A stretch of 12,053 bases of DNA from Fidelibacterota bacterium (GTDB lineage: Bacteria > Fidelibacterota > Marinisomatia > Marinisomatales > Marinisomataceae). The notes beneath the pieces are model-generated. The model saw only the letters and a list, made by a program, of their open reading frames with translations. It made no database searches and was not told where the DNA came from. A program made the translations under genes and the position numbers. Positions 8,159 to 12,053 of this stretch are shown here, piece by piece; positions within the stretch are counted from its first letter, which is position 1, and every line of letters begins with the position of its first letter. The DNA lies in contig JABHGE010000024.1 in NCBI GenBank assembly GCA_018672235.1, forward strand, positions 1 through 12,053, written 5' to 3'.

Positions 8159-8674
8159 ATGAAAAATATACTAATATTATTAGCTTTGACTGGCGGACTT
8201 TATGCTCAAGATGGCGCTGTAAGAGAGGCGATGAATAAAAAAATGGAGCAAGAAAAAGAGCAGCGTGAAGCTTGGGTTGTAGGAGCTCTAACAGAACACC
8301 TTGACCTCAATACTGGCCAAGCTCAAAAATTTTTTCCATTACAAAATGAATTTCACAATGAAGCAGGTGCAGCAAAGAAAGTTTATCAGGAAAAGTTAAG
8401 AGAGCTACGATTAGCTGCTAAAGACGATAGATCAAAATTTGATGTAGACGCAGCAATAGACTCTAAAATTCGAATGAAAGGCACTTTAGTAAGATTGGAA
8501 AGTAAATTTTTAAAAGACACGGAAGGTATTCTCTCAGAGCAGCAACGAGTAAAATTGCTATTTTTTGAAGAAAGAATGAAAGCCAATATAGCAAAGGAAA
8601 TGAAAGGCACTAAAGACTTTGATCGCGGTAAGCGTGAATCAAAAAGATTTTTTGACAGGAATAGAAGAAAATAA
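8159..8674 (+). CDS. Exported Spy/CpxP-like helical protein (ECF-associated periplasmic sensor or chaperone type)
   Basis: GAGGAG SD at 8147-8152; signal peptide MKNILILLALTGGLYA/Q; two LTxxQ-like motifs (HLDLNTGQAQKF, ILSEQQRVKL) flanking a helical charged core. Confidence 0.75.
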   Translation: MKNILILLALTGGLYAQDGAVREAMNKKMEQEKEQREAWVVGALTEHLDLNTGQAQKFFPLQNEFHNEAGAAKKVYQEKLRELRLAAKDDRSKFDVDAAIDSKIRMKGTLVRLESKFLKDTEGILSEQQRVKLLFFEERMKANIAKEMKGTKDFDRGKRESKRFFDRNRRK

Positions 8675-8712
8675 CTATATTTATTAACTATAAAACAAAA
8701 GGATTTTTAAAA

Positions 8713-9591
8713 ATGAAAAAAATATTATTAATGTTTGGAATGGTGTTCTTTATTTCTTCATGTCAGGACAATATGTCTTACATGGATGCAGATATGATGA
8801 ACGATGCACAGCTAATAGAAGCTATTGCTAACGATTCCAATAAGATAGAAATAGATAATGTAGATCTACCAGCTCTTTCTCGATTGGTTATTGAAAACCA
8901 ATACTTTGATCATATAGCTATTGAAGTAGAATTATCTCCTGGCTATGGATATCAATTATCTTTAGGTGATATGGCTATAGATGCTGGAGATGTTACCGAA
9001 GTATTTTTTGCTAGAGATGGTAGAAAATTAGGTGATAGAGCCGGTGATGATAGAAAAAGACATGGAAAAAGAAAATGCTTTAGATTTGTATTTCCACTAT
9101 CATTCTCATTTTCAGATGGATCATCTTATACTGTAGCTGACGGTAAAGAGTTTCACACTACATTAAAAGCGCATTTTAAAGCGACTGGAGCTAAAGAAAA
9201 ACCAGCTTTCACGTTTCCAATTCAAGTACAATTCAAACCTGAAGAAGAAGGCGCAGAAGGCGAAATTTTAACAGTAAATTCTGACGAGGAATTAAAAGAA
9301 GCATTTCAAGCATGTAGAGGCGAAGAAAATGACAAGAGATGTTTCTCTTTTGTATTTCCTGTAAGCTTTACAATGCCTGATGGATCAACGCTTACTGCAT
9401 CAGATGAAGAAGACTTAGCGACACAAATGAAAGCATTCTTTGAGTCTTATGATGGAGAAAGAAAGAAACCAGAACTTGTGTTCCCTGTTGATATTGTCTT
9501 TGAAGATGGTAGTATTTTAACAGTGAATTCTTATAAAGAGATAAAACAAGCATGGAAAGATAATTGTAGACGTAAAGGCGGAGAAGAATAA
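8713..9591 (+). CDS. Lipoprotein with an N-terminal PepSY-like domain and two Cys-bracketed tandem repeats
   Basis: AAGGA SD; lipobox ISS/C17; segment DLPA..IENQY..EVE..GYQLSL..EVFFARDG resembles a PepSY-like/BLIP-like unit; internal duplication of aa 122-201 and 210-285. Confidence 0.8.
   Translation: MKKILLMFGMVFFISSCQDNMSYMDADMMNDAQLIEAIANDSNKIEIDNVDLPALSRLVIENQYFDHIAIEVELSPGYGYQLSLGDMAIDAGDVTEVFFARDGRKLGDRAGDDRKRHGKRKCFRFVFPLSFSFSDGSSYTVADGKEFHTTLKAHFKATGAKEKPAFTFPIQVQFKPEEEGAEGEILTVNSDEELKEAFQACRGEENDKRCFSFVFPVSFTMPDGSTLTASDEEDLATQMKAFFESYDGERKKPELVFPVDIVFEDGSILTVNSYKEIKQAWKDNCRRKGGEE
9076..9567 (+). repeat. Intragenic tandem duplication, two units of about 78 aa (9076-9315 and 9340-9567)
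   Basis: CFRFVFPLSFSFSDGS...KPAFTFPIQV...ILTVNSDEELKEAFQAC versus CFSFVFPVSFTMPDGS...KPELVFPVDI...ILTVNSYKEIKQAWKDNC. DNA similarity persists (attttaacagtaaattct versus attttaacagtgaattct). Confidence 0.9.
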
Positions 9592-9640
9592 GGCGAAGAA
9601 ACTCGCAAATAATCTTTTTTACTTAAAATCTTACAGATTA

Positions 9641-9672
9641 AAAAAAGGGCTATATTTTTATAGCCCTTTTTT
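9641..9672. terminator. Intrinsic terminator, potentially bidirectional
   Basis: Perfect 14-bp inverted repeat AAAAAAGGGCTATA-TTTT-TATAGCCCTTTTTT downstream of the lipoprotein gene. Confidence 0.9.
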
Positions 9673-9689
9673 ATTTCATCACATTAGAA

Positions 9690-9717
9690 TTGTATTTACA
9701 TATTTTTTTATTAAATT
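9690..9717 (+). promoter_or_regulatory. Candidate sigma70 promoter for talC-tRNA (leaderless)
   Basis: TTGTAT (9690-9695), a 16 nt spacer and TAAATT (9712-9717), followed by 8 nt to ATG 9726. No SD; lies immediately after a terminator. Confidence 0.45.
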
Positions 9718-9725
9718 GTCTCACT

Positions 9726-10385
9726 ATGAAGATTTTTCTTGATACATCAGACGTAGAAGTTATTCGTCAGCATTCTGAAACAGGAATGATTGATGGCGTA
9801 ACTACAAATCCAACCTTAATGATGCAATCAGGTAGAGATCCTATCGATGTTATTAAGGATATTTCAGCACTATTTTCTGACGATTCAAGTATTAGCGCTG
9901 AAGTAGTTGCTGATACAGCTGAAGAGATGATATCCCAAGCAAAACAATACTATTCAATCAGTTCTAATATCACTATCAAAGTACCATGTACAGAAGAAGG
10001 TTTAAAGGCATGTAAATTTCTTTCGGATAAAGACATTCCAGTAAATGTGACTCTTATTTTTTCTACTACTCAAGCAATTTTATGTGCCAAAGCTGGTGCA
10101 AAGTATGTATCACCTTTTATAGGACGTTGCGAAGATAATGGTTTAAGTGGTATTGGATTAATAGAATCTATTCGAACTATCTATGATAGAAGTAATATTG
10201 GGCATCCGCCGGAAATTCTTGCTGCATCCATTCGAACTACCGACCATGTCACAAATGCTTTTGTTGCCGGTACAGATATAGTAACATTACCGCCATCTAT
10301 TTTGAAAGAAATGTATAAACATGATTTAACCGATCAAGGGATTGATCAGTTTGATAAAGACTGGAAAAAGGTAAATCATAAATAA
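9726..10385 (+). CDS. tal: Transaldolase, short TalC/MipB (FSA-like) family
   Basis: MKIFLDT, DGVTTNPTL, SAEVV, Schiff-base Lys in TIKVP, NVTLIFS, YVSPFIGR, ILAASIR and HDLTDQGIDQFDKDW. Glu (SAEVV) plus Phe (SPF) indicate transaldolase rather than FSA. The true start is ATG 9726, not TTG 9690. Confidence 0.93.
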   Translation: MKIFLDTSDVEVIRQHSETGMIDGVTTNPTLMMQSGRDPIDVIKDISALFSDDSSISAEVVADTAEEMISQAKQYYSISSNITIKVPCTEEGLKACKFLSDKDIPVNVTLIFSTTQAILCAKAGAKYVSPFIGRCEDNGLSGIGLIESIRTIYDRSNIGHPPEILAASIRTTDHVTNAFVAGTDIVTLPPSILKEMYKHDLTDQGIDQFDKDWKKVNHK

Positions 10386-10388
10386 TTT

Positions 10389-10461
10389 GGGGCTGTAGCT
10401 CAGTTGGTAGAGCGCGTGGATGGCATTCATGAGGTCGCAGGTTCAATCCCTGTCAGCTCCA
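10389..10461 (+). tRNA. tRNA-Ala (GGC)
   Basis: Cloverleaf: acceptor GGGGCTG/CAGCTCC with G3:U70, D-arm GCTC/GAGC, anticodon arm CGTGG-AT GGC AT-TCATG (anticodon 10422-10424), T-arm GCAGG-TTCAATC-CCTGT, discriminator A. CCA is not encoded. Confidence 0.97.
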
Positions 10462-10550
10462 CTTAATATTTAGTAGTGTAATGCTAAGATTTTTTTATTA
10501 AAATATTTGGTATTACTTTAATTAATCAGGGAAGAAAAGAGAATTAAGAA

Positions 10551-10643
10551 ATGAAATTAACAAAAGATATAGTAGGGCTATTCTTCTTTGACCTTGATGG
10601 TAAGATTGATGGCGTTGAACAATACACGAGAGATCTTGAGTAA
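10551..10643 (+). other. 30-codon ORF (small protein or gene remnant)
   Basis: ATG 10551 to TAA 10643 encodes MKLTKDIVGLFFFDLDGKIDGVEQYTRDLE. Upstream is purine-rich, and the stop overlaps the probable TTG start of the next gene (TTGAGTAA). Confidence 0.4.
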
Positions 10644-11775
10644 TAAAAATATACTAGTATTGATTATTAGTTGCTGTGCCATTTTAAATGCACAGCAACT
10701 ATCTTCTGACAGAGGAATTAATTTTCCTGACATTGATGGTCATTTAACTTTAGTATCTGATTTTCATTCACATACAGTGTTTTCAGATGCAGATGTATGG
10801 CCAACAATTAGAGTGCAAGAAGCGAATAAAGAGCAGCTAGATGTTCTTGCTATCACAGATCATTTATATAAAGACCCTGATTACTCCGGTAATGGTGCTG
10901 ACATACCCAATCCAGACAAAAACAGATCTTACAATATTGCAGAAAGCTTTGTTAAAAATGATCTCATATTAGTGCATGGTATTGAACTGTCAAGAAGCAT
11001 GCCACTTGGGCACTGTAATGCAATTTTTGTTACAGATGCTAATGCATTAATCATTGAAGATCCAATTGAGCTTTTTGAAGAAGCAAAAAAGCAAAATGCT
11101 TTTACTTTCTGGAATCACCCATATAGAAGACAAGAGCCTTATGGCTTATTGGAGCTAAAGGATATTCACAAAGAATTGATTAATAAAGGCCTACTTCACG
11201 GCATAGAAGTGGTTAATAGAGGAAAATTTTCTGATGGAGCTCTTCAGATTGCTCTAGATAATAATCTAACAATCATGGGAAATTCAGATATCCATGGATT
11301 TATTGATTGGGAGTATGAAGTTCCTAGCGGAGGCCATAGACCAGTTACATTAGTTTTTGCTAAAAAAAGAAATCAAAAATCAATCCAAAAAGCTTTATTT
11401 GATAGACAGACAGTTGTTTGGCATAAAAACAGTTTAATTGGAAGGGAAGAATGGCTGATCCCTTTAATTCATGCTAGTTTAGAAATCGAATCTTTTAAAT
11501 ATAAATATGATGATTCAAGCTATAAAAGAGACTTAGCTTATGTAGAAATTAAAAATAATTCTGATGCTAGATTCATTTTAAAGAATATTAGTGATTATAG
11601 TTTCTTTATGGATATCGATGTGATTGAGATTCCTGCTCATAAAACAGTAGAATTGCAGGTCATTACAAAAGCAAAATTAGAAAAATTCAATTTAGAATTC
11701 GAAGTTTTAAATGCTATATTTGCTCCAAGAAAACATCCAACAATTACAATGCAAGTTGAAAAGGTGAAGATATGA
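10636..11775 (+). CDS. Exported PHP-domain metallophosphoesterase (Sb-PDE-like) with C-terminal beta-rich domain
   Basis: DFHSHTVFSD, ITDH, GIE, GHCNA, FWNHP, GIEVVN and GNSDIHG metal-ligand motifs. The start is uncertain: TTG 10636 gives a clean signal peptide (SNKNILVLIISCCAILNA/Q), whereas the ORF track uses TTG 10588. Confidence 0.88.
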   Translation: MSNKNILVLIISCCAILNAQQLSSDRGINFPDIDGHLTLVSDFHSHTVFSDADVWPTIRVQEANKEQLDVLAITDHLYKDPDYSGNGADIPNPDKNRSYNIAESFVKNDLILVHGIELSRSMPLGHCNAIFVTDANALIIEDPIELFEEAKKQNAFTFWNHPYRRQEPYGLLELKDIHKELINKGLLHGIEVVNRGKFSDGALQIALDNNLTIMGNSDIHGFIDWEYEVPSGGHRPVTLVFAKKRNQKSIQKALFDRQTVVWHKNSLIGREEWLIPLIHASLEIESFKYKYDDSSYKRDLAYVEIKNNSDARFILKNISDYSFFMDIDVIEIPAHKTVELQVITKAKLEKFNLEFEVLNAIFAPRKHPTITMQVEKVKI

Positions 11776-12053
11776 ACAGAGTATTAGGATTAATATTATT
11801 AACATTATTAGCGATAGGGGTATTATTTATGACTTATGAAAAAGAGAATGACGTAGCGGTAATTTCAACAAATTTTGGAGATATGATAGTAGAGTTTTAT
11901 CCTGATATCGCTCCAATGCATGTAGATAGTTTTGTTGCATTGGTAAATGAAGAATATTTTGATGGCACTACATTTCATAGGGTAATTCCAGGCTTTATGA
12001 TTCAAGGAGGAGATCCTAATTCTAGAAATGAAAATAAGGCTACTCACGGGACA
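11772..12053 (+). CDS. Cyclophilin-type peptidyl-prolyl cis-trans isomerase with N-terminal signal/anchor, 3'-truncated (not in ORF track)
   Basis: ATGA overlap with the upstream stop. Translation: MNRVLGLILLTLLAIGVLFMTYEKENDVAVISTNFGDMIVEFYPDIAPMHVDSFVALVNEEYFDGTTFHRVIPGFMIQGGDPNS..., containing the FHRVIPGFMIQGGD signature. Open to the window end. Confidence 0.95.
   Translation, partial: MNRVLGLILLTLLAIGVLFMTYEKENDVAVISTNFGDMIVEFYPDIAPMHVDSFVALVNEEYFDGTTFHRVIPGFMIQGGDPNSRNENKATHGT

Noticed and set aside
8386..8610. Minus-strand 74-aa ORF
   Set aside because: Shadow of the Lys/Glu-rich Spy-like gene; its hydrophobicity derives from complementing AAA/GAA codons.
9690..9725. N-terminal extension of transaldolase from TTG 9690
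   Set aside because: The family begins at MKIFLDT (9726); the extension coincides with a promoter-like sequence.
9726..10385. Fructose-6-phosphate aldolase (fsa) assignment
   Set aside because: It has the transaldolase-type Glu (SAEVV) and Phe (SPF) rather than the FSA Gln and Tyr.
10470..10496. Hairpin TTAGTA-gtgtaa-TGCTAA plus T-run after the tRNA as a terminator
   Set aside because: Only 6 bp with one G-C pair and a G:U pair; too weak to call in AT-rich DNA.
10588..10635. Longer start for the PHP protein (TTG 10588 or ATG 10597/10609)
   Set aside because: It gives an atypically long signal-peptide n-region and overlaps the 30-codon ORF. Not fully excluded.
11865..12047. Minus-strand 60-aa ORF
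   Set aside because: The real gene is the plus-strand cyclophilin starting at 11772.
10389..12053. Integrative element or prophage at tRNA-Ala
   Set aside because: No integrase, no duplicated tRNA 3' end and no phage genes in the window; downstream genes look chromosomal.
1..12053. CRISPR arrays, IS elements, riboswitches or attenuators, rRNA
   Set aside because: No spaced direct repeats, transposase or long structured intergenic region was seen. The aro operon leader lies outside the window.

Overview
AT-rich (roughly 30% GC by eye) bacterial chromosomal DNA with every credible gene on the + strand. Gene content and style suggest a streamlined marine FCB-group organism such as Marinimicrobia, but this is inference only. 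Bases 1-6911 hold an overlapping aromatic amino acid operon covering all seven shikimate steps: class II DAHP synthase (5'-truncated), aroA, aroE, aroC, aroK, aroB and aroQ. These are followed by an ACT-less prephenate dehydratase and a plant-like TyrA, with no chorismate mutase in view. Next come a small membrane protein and a four-gene extracytoplasmic signalling module: ECF sigma factor, short single-TM anti-sigma, Spy/CpxP-like periplasmic protein, and a PepSY-like lipoprotein with Cys-bracketed tandem repeats. A perfect hairpin terminator closes that module. The window ends with a TalC-type transaldolase abutting tRNA-Ala(GGC), a 30-codon ORF, an exported PHP-family phosphoesterase, and a 3'-truncated cyclophilin missing from the ORF track. 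No mobile element, CRISPR array or integrase was seen. The most novel-looking items are the ECF module with its repeat lipoprotein, the atypical Phe/Tyr branch enzymes, and the cyanophage-like talC.
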